From contig CAYWDQ010000005.1 of the NCBI GenBank assembly GCA_964457065.1, positions 41-64,040 on the forward strand: a stretch of 64,000 nt of DNA, given 5' to 3'. How positions within the stretch are numbered: the stretch's first letter is position 1; the number at the start of each line of letters is the position of its first letter. The notes below the pieces were generated by a model. It did not search any database. It was given only the letters and a program-made list of their open reading frames with translations, and was not told the DNA's origin. Of the stretch, positions 1-9,092 are shown piece by piece. A program made the position numbers and the translations under genes. The stretch comes from an uncultured Acidimicrobiaceae bacterium. Lineage in GTDB: Bacteria; Actinomycetota; Acidimicrobiia; Acidimicrobiales; RAAP-2.

Positions 1-798
1 CAATAGGCCGATCACGGCGCCGATGATGCCGGCTTCAAGAGGGAGGACGAACTTGGACACTGGTTGCGCAGTCGCCCTCTGGAGTATCCGTGTGCTGGTC
101 TCCGTGGACCCACTCGCGAGTTGGGCAGACGAGATCTGGCTCGTCACAGTGTTGAGTTGGAGCGAGACCTGATTCTGTTCGCTTTGCAGTGAGCCCAATA
201 GAGCGACATCTCGTTGGCCGGCGCTCGATCCGGTGCCCTCGGAGGTAATCCGGGCAGCCACCGTGCTGATCTGCGACTGGAGATCCTTGATCTGCTTGGT
301 GAGCAGCGCCGATTCCTTCTGCAGGTCGGCCACCGCAGGTCCGGCTGAGCTCGCCTGCAATTGACCCACGTAGTCGACGTAGCTTGTGGCGACGGCGTTG
401 GCCAACTGCACGGCGTACGTGCTCGCCGGAGCCTGAGCCTGTATCTGCAGGATCTGGCCGCTGAGTGGTGTGACCGTCACAAGCTTCTCGACACCCAACG
501 CCCCGAGTGGCGGTGACACCTTGGCGCCGGCGGCAGTCAGAACCGGCGTGCTTCTGGCAATGACGGCCTCGGTGCTGACGCCGTTCCCAGCCGTGCCCGA
601 GTTGCCCGAGTTGCCCGAGCTGTCTGAACCGGATGCAGGTGGCAGGAGGACCAGCGCGATGGCGGTCTCATTTGCCGGCCTCAGGAGCCCGTACGCCACC
701 CCACCGAGTCCGCAGAGCGCCGCCACCACGATTATCAACAGCCGACGTCGCCAAATCTCCCGAAGCGACGCACGCAGGTTGAGAGGCTGCTCGTTCAC
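1..798 (-). CDS. Polysaccharide chain-length determinant (Wzz/PCP-like) protein, N-terminal part; 3' end runs off the left edge
   Basis: Not in the ORF track because it is open at the window edge. My reverse-complement translation from GTG (798..796) gives VNEQPLNLRASLREIWRRRLLIIVVAALCGLGGVAYGLL, a basic N-terminus plus TM helix. A Ser/Gly/Asn loop follows, then a long Q/L/S-rich coiled-coil-like stretch (LQKESALLTKQIKDLQSQISTVAARI...SLQSEQNQVSLQLNTVTSQISSAQL). A second hydrophobic segment (LPLEAGIIGAVIGLL) completes a Wzz/GumC-like topology. The start overlaps the upstream stop (GTGA). Confidence 0.6.
   Translation of the reverse strand, partial: MNEQPLNLRASLREIWRRRLLIIVVAALCGLGGVAYGLLRPANETAIALVLLPPASGSDSSGNSGNSGTAGNGVSTEAVIARSTPVLTAAGAKVSPPLGALGVEKLVTVTPLSGQILQIQAQAPASTYAVQLANAVATSYVDYVGQLQASSAGPAVADLQKESALLTKQIKDLQSQISTVAARITSEGTGSSAGQRDVALLGSLQSEQNQVSLQLNTVTSQISSAQLASGSTETSTRILQRATAQPVSKFVLPLEAGIIGAVIGLL
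595..621. repeat. In-frame 9-bp tandem repeat (GCCCGAGTT x2 plus GCCCGAGCT)
   Basis: Encodes the SGNSGNSG stretch in the extracytoplasmic loop of the Wzz-like protein. Confidence 0.7.
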
Positions 799-1610
799 TT
801 GTTGTCCATCGAAGACTCGTTCCCGGGATGCGCCAAGGCAGTCCGGCTGGGGCTGTAGGTGAGGTCGGTGCGGGCCAAGTATGTGGCGATTTGCGCGCGG
901 TTGTTGAGCTCGAGCTTGCGATAGAGGCGGCTTACGTAGTTGCGCACGGTCTTCTGACCGAGTTTCAGTTGTACGGCAATCTCCGCGTTGCTCGCGCCTT
1001 CAGCCACCATCCGGAACACGGCCGACTCCCGTTGTGTCAGATGGCTGGAGGGTTCGTCCCCTAGGACCCATCGGGCCGCCTCCTTACAGAGAACCTGATC
1101 ACCCAGATGAACGGAGACGACCGCAGCCCTGATGGCCTCCGGGGAGGTGTCCTTCAGGAGGAGGCCGGCAGCGCCCGCGATCATGACGGGCCGGACGCGC
1201 CAGTCGGGATTGGAAGTCAGGACCAATGTCCTCGAGTTCGGACACTCCGTGGCAAGCGACCGCACGAGATCGATGCCATCGGCTCGTGAGAGCTCGAGAT
1301 CTATCAGGACAACGTCGGCAGCCGTGGCGGTGCAGAGCCCGATCAGCTCGTCATCGCCGTCGGAGACGGCGATGACGTCCAAGCCTTCGTCCTCACCGAG
1401 AAGCCCAGCCAACCCGAGGCGGAAGAGCCGTTCAGCGGCGACCACGATGACGGAGATCTTCGAAGTGGAGATCGAAGAACCATCCGAAGTCCTGGTTCGT
1501 TCGAGAAGCTTGGGTGGGTCGCTGTTGAGCACCTGGTTGGGGTCCTGGGACGAGTGGGATGGTCGACGACCCCAAGATCGGGCGACGTGGTTGTGGCCAC
1601 GACGCCCCAT
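795..1610 (-). CDS. LuxR/NarL-family response regulator with atypical receiver domain
   Basis: C-terminal LuxR HTH: LTQRESAVFRMVAEGASNAEIAVQLKLGQKTVRNYVSRLYRKLELNNRAQIA. N-terminal CheY-like receiver (VVLIDLELSRADGIDLV). The acidic pair expected after beta-1 reads VIVVAAERLF. Start uncertain: 1610, or an in-frame GTG near 1532. Confidence 0.85.
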   Translation of the reverse strand: MGRRGHNHVARSWGRRPSHSSQDPNQVLNSDPPKLLERTRTSDGSSISTSKISVIVVAAERLFRLGLAGLLGEDEGLDVIAVSDGDDELIGLCTATAADVVLIDLELSRADGIDLVRSLATECPNSRTLVLTSNPDWRVRPVMIAGAAGLLLKDTSPEAIRAAVVSVHLGDQVLCKEAARWVLGDEPSSHLTQRESAVFRMVAEGASNAEIAVQLKLGQKTVRNYVSRLYRKLELNNRAQIATYLARTDLTYSPSRTALAHPGNESSMDNK

Positions 1611-1660
1611 GCCTGCCTCTTGAGTCGATGGCTATACAGAGGTCCGAGGTTCGCGGAAGA

Positions 1661-1693
1661 TACCGCGGGGGGGACATTTGCCCACCCGCGGTA
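1661..1693. promoter_or_regulatory. 9-bp inverted repeat TACCGCGGG-N15-CCCGCGGTA in a divergent promoter region
   Basis: Arms at 1661..1669 and 1685..1693, between the LuxR regulator (minus) and the flippase (plus). A second inverted repeat, GCAACCGG-N10-CCGGTTGC, lies at 1760..1785. Confidence 0.3.
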
Positions 1694-1939
1694 GGGACTG
1701 CCCCTCGGACAGGGGGCGGCCACGCACGGACCAGTCCGGTCGGGACGACCTGGCGAGCTGCAACCGGGGTGATCGGTCCGGTTGCGGAGCGGCAGACGCT
1801 CGCTGTATCTGCGCGAAGCCGAGGCGCTCTGTCTTGCTGGGCGTTTGACGTGAAGGCGCCTATCCCCCGACCCGACGTCCATGACGAGCACTCAGGCTCG
1901 CGAGTGCCTTACTCGCTCTAACCGAGACGGGTAACGAGT

Positions 1940-3355
1940 ATGTCTGCTACCTGGTTCGGAGCTCGGTTGCGGCTCCGTGGCGGTGCCACCACCCGCGCGA
2001 CGACGACGATGGCCGACCAGTGTGTGGCGTCGGCATCCAATTTTGCGGTCGGAATCGTCGTGGCGCGGATCAGCGGTCCGGCCGGTCTGGGAGCCTTCGC
2101 CCTCGCGTACGCGGTCTGGGTCCTGTTGACGACAATTCACCGGTCATTGATCACAGCCCCAATGACGATCATGGGTGACCTGCGCGGAACTGAGGAAGAG
2201 GAGTTCATTCGGCTGGGGTTTGCCGCAGATGTGGTGCTCGGCGTGATGGCCACGTGCATCATCGCCGCGGTGGGTGCGGCACTCCTCGTTGTCGGTCAGC
2301 ACGCTTTCGGAGTGGGCGTCCTCTCGCTGGCTCCCTGGGTGCTCGTACTCGATCTGCAGGATTACTGGCGACAGGTCGGGTTCATACAAGGAACACCGAG
2401 AAAGTCTCTCATGAACGACCTCCTGTTCAATGCCGTGCAGGCGTTGGCGTTCGGGGTGGTCTTCCTGGCGGGTCTGCACTCGGTGTTCGCGGTCGTCTCG
2501 GCCTGGGGTGTGGGGGCCGCGATTGCTGCCATCTACGGTCTTCGGCAGTTCTCGGTGCGCCCGTCCCTACGTGGGGGAACTGCGTATCTCTGGTCCCACT
2601 GGCCCACGAGCCGGTGGTTGGCCAGCGAGCGTGTGGCCTCTTGGGCAGGGGCCCAGCTCTATCTGATCCTGGCCGGCGTTCTGTTGGGCCCTGCGGCGCT
2701 CGGTGGATTGAAGGCGGCGCAGGGACTGGTGATCGGTCCGACGACCGTGGTGGTCAATGCCGGAGGGAGCTTTGGCCTGCCTGAAGCGAGCCGTAAGCTT
2801 GCTGAGCACGGCTGGACGGGCATGGCAAGGGTCTCCCGCCTCGTCACTGGGGCCGGGGTGCTGGTTGCGACAGCAGTTGCGATCGCGGTCTTGGTCGCGG
2901 CACCCATCCTCATCAAATTGTTGTACGGACCCACGTTCGTCGTATATGCACCGAGTGCACGGATCTTCGCAGTCTCCATCGTCATCCTCGCGTTCGGCGT
3001 TGGCCCTATTCTCAACGTGACCGCCACACGCCGACTACGTCCGCTCTTCGTGGTGCAGTTGGGGACATTGGTCCTCTCTGTCGTTGCCGTGTGCGTGTTG
3101 ACGCCTACCTTCGGGGTAACGGGGGCTGCGTGGGCGAACCTGCTCACATCTGTGGCCACGGTCGCCGCCATGTTCATCCTGCAGTCCTCGGTTCGCCGAT
3201 CGGTTGAGGGAGGGCAACGCCGTCCAGCCGGGCACCTCCTCATCGCCGCCCGGCGACGGCTGGTGCGAAACACAGAGATACTGCTTGTGCTGCCACCGGC
3301 TGATGACCCAACAGCCGGGCGTCCCTCCCGTGTGTCGTCCGAACAGCCCTCGTAG
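1940..3355 (+). CDS. Polysaccharide flippase, MOP superfamily (Wzx-like) membrane protein
   Basis: 471-aa ORF that is almost entirely hydrophobic, with about 12-14 predicted helices. The N-terminal pattern MADQCVASASNFAVGIVVARISGPAGLGAFALAY is typical of oligosaccharide flippases. It lies inside the glycan locus. Confidence 0.7.
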   Translation: MSATWFGARLRLRGGATTRATTTMADQCVASASNFAVGIVVARISGPAGLGAFALAYAVWVLLTTIHRSLITAPMTIMGDLRGTEEEEFIRLGFAADVVLGVMATCIIAAVGAALLVVGQHAFGVGVLSLAPWVLVLDLQDYWRQVGFIQGTPRKSLMNDLLFNAVQALAFGVVFLAGLHSVFAVVSAWGVGAAIAAIYGLRQFSVRPSLRGGTAYLWSHWPTSRWLASERVASWAGAQLYLILAGVLLGPAALGGLKAAQGLVIGPTTVVVNAGGSFGLPEASRKLAEHGWTGMARVSRLVTGAGVLVATAVAIAVLVAAPILIKLLYGPTFVVYAPSARIFAVSIVILAFGVGPILNVTATRRLRPLFVVQLGTLVLSVVAVCVLTPTFGVTGAAWANLLTSVATVAAMFILQSSVRRSVEGGQRRPAGHLLIAARRRLVRNTEILLVLPPADDPTAGRPSRVSSEQPS

Positions 3356-3367
3356 TCGGCGAACGCC

Positions 3368-4594
3368 TTATCGCCGTCGACGTCGTCGCTCGGCGGCGGC
3401 GCGATAGACGTCCAGCGTCGCCTCGGCGATGGCGCCCCAGTTGAACTGCCGAGCCCGATTGAGCCCCTCGGTCCGCAGCGTGGACGCTGCCGGGCCGGTG
3501 GCCTCGAGCATGGCGCGAGCGATCGAACGTGGGTCGTGAGGATCAGCGAGCACGGCCGCCCCACCGGCGATCTCAGGCATCGAGCTGACGTCGGAGGTGA
3601 CAACTGGACAGGCGCAGGCCATCGCCTCCAGGATCGGTAACCCGAAGGTCTCGTTGAACGAGGGGTACACAAGAACATCGGCCCCCTGGTAGAAGGGAAC
3701 GGTCTCCTCGTTCTGCACCGCGCCGACGAAGACCACGTCGTCGCCGATGCCGAGCGTGTCGACCAGCGCGTGGAGCTCGGCGCTGTACTGCTGGTCTCGC
3801 TCAGCTCCGAGAATGACGAGTTGGCGACCTTCAAGCTCATCTCGCGCCAGCCTCCAGGCGTGCAACAGTCCGTCACAGTTCTTGTAGCGCCAGAGGGACG
3901 AGACGAACAGCACGAACGGTCGTGAGATCCCGAACGAGGCGACGTGCGCCCGAGCGGCATCCCGGCTGCCGGGCTTGAAGATGTCGTGGTCGACTGCTTC
4001 GTAGATCAAGCTGACCTTTTGTGGGTCCACCTCCAGATACTGGTCGATCTCGTCCCGCAGGCTGTTGGAATTGACGATGATCGCGTCAGCGAGCCGCACC
4101 GAGCGCTGGTAGTTCAGACGGCGGTAAGCCCGGGCGCCGATCGAGAGCGATTCCGGAGCCGTGAACGCGTGCATGGTCTTCATGTGGATGACGAGAGACC
4201 GCGTCGGGTTCACCAGGGGGGCGATGGCGGTGCTCAACAGGTCGATGTGACGGAGCGGGAGCAGAACCGGGGACACGAGATGCTCACTCGCCGTGCGCAA
4301 GACCCGGTGCTCGTTCGACCAGGGATAGGTGATGTGATGCACAGCGTCCCCTGAATCGGGAAAGTAGCGTCGTCCCGAAGGGCTCACCATCAGATGGAGC
4401 TCTTCGCCTGGGAGAAGCCGATTGGCCATCTCGGGCACTATCCGTGTCCAACACCAGTACGCGCCGGACGGCTGCCGGGGGTCGTCAGAGAGCAGGTTCA
4501 TGGCGATGCGCAGGCGCGTGCGGTCGTCGCTGCTCTCGGGCGGAGGGGAAGTGCCGGTATCGGGAGAGCGGGTAGCTCCCGCGGGAGTGGTCAT
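3368..4594 (-). CDS. Glycosyltransferase family 4 (GT-B fold)
   Basis: C-terminal GT4 signature region: PSFNETFGLPILEAMACACPVVTSDVSSMPEIAGGAAVLADPHDP. Confidence 0.85.
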   Translation of the reverse strand: MTTPAGATRSPDTGTSPPPESSDDRTRLRIAMNLLSDDPRQPSGAYWCWTRIVPEMANRLLPGEELHLMVSPSGRRYFPDSGDAVHHITYPWSNEHRVLRTASEHLVSPVLLPLRHIDLLSTAIAPLVNPTRSLVIHMKTMHAFTAPESLSIGARAYRRLNYQRSVRLADAIIVNSNSLRDEIDQYLEVDPQKVSLIYEAVDHDIFKPGSRDAARAHVASFGISRPFVLFVSSLWRYKNCDGLLHAWRLARDELEGRQLVILGAERDQQYSAELHALVDTLGIGDDVVFVGAVQNEETVPFYQGADVLVYPSFNETFGLPILEAMACACPVVTSDVSSMPEIAGGAAVLADPHDPRSIARAMLEATGPAASTLRTEGLNRARQFNWGAIAEATLDVYRAAAERRRRRR

Positions 4595-4776
4595 CAGAGG
4601 GAACTCAACGTCAGCGCACGAGTACGGTGTGTTTCGCGATCGAAGGGGCTGACCGGGCCGATACCCGCCAGCTCTCGCAGCTCCACCACGCTGTGTTAGA
4701 GCAGGCCGGGGCTCGGCAGATACCTGAGGAGCACACCGCGGCCTGCTTCATCTCGACGAGATCTCGGAGCCCGAGG

Positions 4777-6804
4777 TCACGAGTGGAACTGAAGCACCGT
4801 TGTGTAGGTGTCGATGCCGTCCCCGTTGCAGACTCCCTCGCCTATGACGGCCCAGGCCGGGTGGTTCTCCCCGAAGCGCGGGGAATACCACCCGAGGATC
4901 GGGTCGGTTGCGCCCCTCGAGAGCGACCAAGTGGGACCATCGGGCAGGAAGAGAGTGGCGCTTCTCGAGAACGCGCCATGTGACCAACTGAGCTCGACGT
5001 CGTGCCCGACCATCCGTGCGTGCATCTCCGGGCCCAGATGGAAGGCCATTCGGAAGCCATGCCCTCCCGTCGTCTCGAGACAGTCGACAATCTCGAGCCG
5101 CCGAAGCCGGCTTGCAAGTCGCACCGAACGACGGTGAACGACAGGCGGGGCCAGGGAGCGATACCCGTCGTGCTCAGCGGTCCACATGGTGACCGCTCCG
5201 TCTTCATCGGTCTGCAGCTCGATCAGCTGGCTGCGTGCGTGACGGGTCCAGAGGAAGGGGCCACCCGAGGTGGACTGGTCTCGGCGGCCAACCTCGATCG
5301 TGTTGTGGGCCAATGTCGAGCGGAAGTAGCTGCGCCAGAAGGGCTCGCCGTGGTAGCAGTACGTGCCCGGATCGGCCAATACGTCAATGCCGTCGTGTCG
5401 CACTTCGACCGCCAGCGCATCGGCATGGGCATGGGCGGCGATCGACAGGAAGCCATGGGGACCTGCGTCGCAACGGCACCAGATCTCCTCGCCGTCCGAT
5501 GCAGAGCTGCGCATCAGGGTCAGGCCGGCATCGGTGAAGTGGCACGGGCGACGCTCCGGCTGCCCCGCCGCAGCGCGACGACCGGCCATCGTGCCCAGGA
5601 GGGTGCTGGTCACCGTCGGTCTCACCCTCGGCCACCATCCCGGAGCGTCGAACAGCGACTCGCCGATGGCGAGCAGGCCAGACGACCGACCAGTGGCCGA
5701 GGGATCGATGACGAGAGCCCTCCCGTTGTCTCCGTCCCCCTGGCGCGGAGGGCGAAGTTTCACATCTACCGTCGCCGCGACGACATCGAACATGCGGTAC
5801 AGCAATGTCCAGAGATCGTCGGAGAGAGGGTGACCGTTCCAATCGGCCTCTGCCGCGGCTACGACCGCGAGTTCGGTGACGAAGCCGTGGTAATCGAAGG
5901 CCATCTCTCGATTGACTCCGCTCGGGAATGTGTTGCTCGTCAGCTCCTGCTCCAGAACCCGTGTGGCCTCCTCACGCCAGAGGGGGCTCTCGGCGAACCA
6001 GTCGAAGGCCAGTGCCGCCACCAGAAGGCCGGCGGCTTCGGCAATCACGTGATTATTGGCCGACGATCCCCGACTTCGAAAGTTTGCAAGGTAGTGCTGG
6101 TGCCACCAGATCTGGGCTAGTGCGACATCGTTCCGTTCGAAGAGCCCGCCTGCTCCGCTCCAACCGTCGAGCAGGCGGCGCACCCAGACCCAGGTGATCA
6201 GTCGTAGCCCAGCCTCGATACCGCTTGTCCAGTGGACACCCGAGAGGAACGGGTTCTGTGCCCACCAGGAACGAAGATGGGAGGCGGTGCGTTCTGCGTA
6301 GCGTTCGTCGCCGGAGAGAGCGAACGCGGCGGCGAGCACCGTGAGGTGGTGCATGCGCGAGAGCTCCCAGATCTGCTTCACGTTGCCGGTGACGTCCTCG
6401 CAACGGTGGTCGACGTTGAAGCAGTAGTCGACCTGGGGGGCCCGCCTTCCGGTCACCGGGTCGAAGAACCAGTCCGGGTCCTCCATGTCCTGCCGCACCG
6501 CCCCCAGCAGTTCCCACCGCCCTGCCAGTACCTCCTCGGCCGCCGCGATCACTTGTTGACGGGCCTCACTCGGCACGGCTCGCAGTACCTCTGCCCACGG
6601 AAAGGTCGGGAACACGGCATTTCGCGCCGAGTCCCAGGGTGCGGTGGCGGAACGGAGGGCCCACGACCGGGGTGAAGCCGCAGGCAGGACCTGTCGGGAA
6701 GCCCACCGTTTGCGTCGCACGTGCTCGGAGATCCGCCATCCCACCTCCGAAGCAGACATCTTCGACAGTCGCCGGAAACGCCACTCGATCCCGACCGGGT
6801 TCAT
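4777..6804 (-). CDS. Heparinase II/III-family (alginate-lyase-like) protein
   Basis: 675 aa. The N-terminal half resembles an alpha/alpha-toroid (NPFLSGVHWTSGIEAGLRLITWVWV...SSANNHVIAEAAGLLVAALAF). The C-terminal half resembles heparinase II/III (HAHADALAVEVRHDG...DPGTYCYHGE...LAHNT). ATG at 6804. Confidence 0.75.
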   Translation of the reverse strand: MNPVGIEWRFRRLSKMSASEVGWRISEHVRRKRWASRQVLPAASPRSWALRSATAPWDSARNAVFPTFPWAEVLRAVPSEARQQVIAAAEEVLAGRWELLGAVRQDMEDPDWFFDPVTGRRAPQVDYCFNVDHRCEDVTGNVKQIWELSRMHHLTVLAAAFALSGDERYAERTASHLRSWWAQNPFLSGVHWTSGIEAGLRLITWVWVRRLLDGWSGAGGLFERNDVALAQIWWHQHYLANFRSRGSSANNHVIAEAAGLLVAALAFDWFAESPLWREEATRVLEQELTSNTFPSGVNREMAFDYHGFVTELAVVAAAEADWNGHPLSDDLWTLLYRMFDVVAATVDVKLRPPRQGDGDNGRALVIDPSATGRSSGLLAIGESLFDAPGWWPRVRPTVTSTLLGTMAGRRAAAGQPERRPCHFTDAGLTLMRSSASDGEEIWCRCDAGPHGFLSIAAHAHADALAVEVRHDGIDVLADPGTYCYHGEPFWRSYFRSTLAHNTIEVGRRDQSTSGGPFLWTRHARSQLIELQTDEDGAVTMWTAEHDGYRSLAPPVVHRRSVRLASRLRRLEIVDCLETTGGHGFRMAFHLGPEMHARMVGHDVELSWSHGAFSRSATLFLPDGPTWSLSRGATDPILGWYSPRFGENHPAWAVIGEGVCNGDGIDTYTTVLQFHS

Positions 6805-6847
6805 GGGCCGACCCCGTCCCCACCGTCTCGGAATGGCCGCCGCGGGG

Positions 6848-9061
6848 TCACAACCGTTGAGGCGCTCGAGTCGCGACGCCGGTGGCCGCAGCGAGGGTGG
6901 CGCGGGTGGTGGCAGTCAGGGAGTCCAGCGAGATGGGCATCGGTCCACCGGTTCGCACTGAGTCGAGGAAGGCCTTGATCTCGGCGCGCTGGCCCTTGTC
7001 CGGTGAACCCAGCTGCCGACGGACGCGAGCACGTGAGCCCGACCAGACCGTGGCTCGCCTGAAATTGTCGAGCCGAGCGGTCCGCCCACCGCTCGACGCT
7101 TCGAAAGTCTCCTTGGGGAAGCGCCGGTGCGCATTCGTCAGGTAGGTGATGGTCGCAAGCGATCCGTCGCCGTAGCGAAGGCTCACTTGCACCTCGTCGG
7201 GATCACCGCCGCTCATTGTCATGACTTCCACGGGATCGCTACCGATCCACCAACTCACGGTGTCCACGAAATGGCCACCTTCTCCCACGAAGCGAGAACC
7301 CTCGAGTTCGGCGTCACGGTACCAGCTGTCCGACGCCAGTCGTCCCGCGTTGACCAGGTACCGGGCGTTGGTCGGCTCCGGTGATCGACCGAACCGTGAC
7401 CGCATCTCCACGAGGAGAGGGGCGAAGCGACGATTGAAGCCGACCATGACTCTGTCGTTCCCCGTTGCGTCCACCACGGTGAGGATTCGATCCAGCTCCT
7501 CTGATGACAGGGCAAGAGGCTTCTCGACGAAGACGGCCTTTCCCACCTCCAGAGCGCGGCAGGTCAGTTCGGCGTGCGCGCTGTGTCGTGTGGCGATGAA
7601 GACAGCGTCGATCGAGTCGTCCTCGAACACGGCATTCGCGTCAGTGCTGGCGGCACGAAAGCCGAACTTTCGTTGCGCGTTGACGGCAGACAGCGAGCGA
7701 CGGGTGGCGACGTGTGCCAGTTCGAGTCCCGCCTGGTTCACTAGGTGGGGAAGAAGCATCGACGACGCGTAATTCCCGGCTCCGACAAACCCTATGCGCA
7801 GACTGCCATCCGCTTGGCCCTGACGGCGGGCCGGCGTGTGATGCGAAGGCCCAATTGTCGATCGCCGACTCGACATCAGATGCGCATCGGCCGAATGACG
7901 ACTCGGAATCTCGGTCTCGTCCTCGACGGGCGAGTCGTACTCGAAGAGATAGCCGACACCCCGCAACGCGCCGGTTCCGAGCTGCTCGTAGACGCTCGGC
8001 GCCTCCTGAAGGGGGAAGATCCCGGCGATCAGCGCTTCGGGATCGACCTCCTTTCTGGCGACGGCATTGACAAAGCAGTGGAGGTTGCGTCGTTCCGTCC
8101 AGCGTACGTAGCCCGCCGGGTAGTCGACTCCATCTATTTCGTATCTGGGGTCGTAGCGGCCTGGTCCGTACGAGCGGGAGAATCGAACGTCCAGCTCCTT
8201 CTCGTAGTAGTCGTTCCAAGGCAAATCGAGCTTGCACTTTCCTATGTCGACGACCATTGCCCGGTCGCGTGCGATCCGTGCCGCGATCTCCACCGGCTGG
8301 TTGGAAGTGCCGCCCGCTACCAGGAACACCCGATCGGCGCCGAGGCCGCCCGAGGCTTTCGACAGCGCCTGCTCCACCGCGGTCACACCGTCGACGTCCG
8401 GTGCCGCGCTCAGCAGTGCACCGGACTTTTCGGCCAACTGGCAGCGGTCCTGGTCGAGATCGAGGCCGACCACCTGGACTCCGGACGCGACGAGCAGTTG
8501 GACGACCAATTGTCCGACCAAACCCAGGCCGATGACGCACGCGGTATCCCCGATCTGAACGTTTCCCTGACGAACGCCTTGCAGAGCGATCGAACCCACC
8601 GTGGCAAAGGCGGCCAGCTGGGGCGAGACCCCGTCGGGTACTGCCACGCAGAGATTGGTCGGAACCCAGTTGAGCTCGGCGTGAAGCGCGAACTCGTTGC
8701 CGGCACAAGCCACGAGTTGACCTACTGCGAACTCCTCGGCGCCTTCTCCCACTTCAACGACGACACCGGCGAGCGAATACCCGAGCGGCGAATAGGAATC
8801 CAGACGGTTCATCGCCTTCTTGTAGGCAGTGACGGGTCCCTGCTGTTGGACCGTGTCGAGCACCTTTTTGACTTGTTCAGGCCGGGCGCGCGCCTTCCCG
8901 ACGAGCGACATCTTGGATTCGCCCACCTTCATCAACTCGGTGCCCGTGGAGATGAGGGAGTACAGCGATCGCACGAGCACCCCACCACGGGCGCAGTTGG
9001 GAGGGGGCGCGTCTATGACGGCGAGCTCCCCAGAGCGATAGTTCTGCGCCACTTGCTTCAT
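6848..9061 (-). CDS. Bi-domain oxidoreductase: MDR/zinc-ADH-like domain fused to a Gfo/Idh/MocA domain
   Basis: N-terminal domain: MKQVAQNYRSGELAVIDAPPP with Rossmann motif VIGLGLVGQLVVQLL. C-terminal domain: LRIGFVGAGNYASSMLLPHL...VFVEKPLALS. Start set at ATG 9061, 50 codons inside the 787-aa ORF, leaving 31 nt to the asnB stop. Confidence 0.8.
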   Translation of the reverse strand: MKQVAQNYRSGELAVIDAPPPNCARGGVLVRSLYSLISTGTELMKVGESKMSLVGKARARPEQVKKVLDTVQQQGPVTAYKKAMNRLDSYSPLGYSLAGVVVEVGEGAEEFAVGQLVACAGNEFALHAELNWVPTNLCVAVPDGVSPQLAAFATVGSIALQGVRQGNVQIGDTACVIGLGLVGQLVVQLLVASGVQVVGLDLDQDRCQLAEKSGALLSAAPDVDGVTAVEQALSKASGGLGADRVFLVAGGTSNQPVEIAARIARDRAMVVDIGKCKLDLPWNDYYEKELDVRFSRSYGPGRYDPRYEIDGVDYPAGYVRWTERRNLHCFVNAVARKEVDPEALIAGIFPLQEAPSVYEQLGTGALRGVGYLFEYDSPVEDETEIPSRHSADAHLMSSRRSTIGPSHHTPARRQGQADGSLRIGFVGAGNYASSMLLPHLVNQAGLELAHVATRRSLSAVNAQRKFGFRAASTDANAVFEDDSIDAVFIATRHSAHAELTCRALEVGKAVFVEKPLALSSEELDRILTVVDATGNDRVMVGFNRRFAPLLVEMRSRFGRSPEPTNARYLVNAGRLASDSWYRDAELEGSRFVGEGGHFVDTVSWWIGSDPVEVMTMSGGDPDEVQVSLRYGDGSLATITYLTNAHRRFPKETFEASSGGRTARLDNFRRATVWSGSRARVRRQLGSPDKGQRAEIKAFLDSVRTGGPMPISLDSLTATTRATLAAATGVATRAPQRL

Positions 9062-9092
9062 AGGTCGTCCGACTCCCTTCCTGGCATCGGGG

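Noticed and set aside
470-862. 130-aa plus-strand ORF at the left end
   Set aside because: It is antisense to the Wzz-like coding sequence, which has a coherent TM/coiled-coil architecture and a coupled start. The ORF has no motif of its own.
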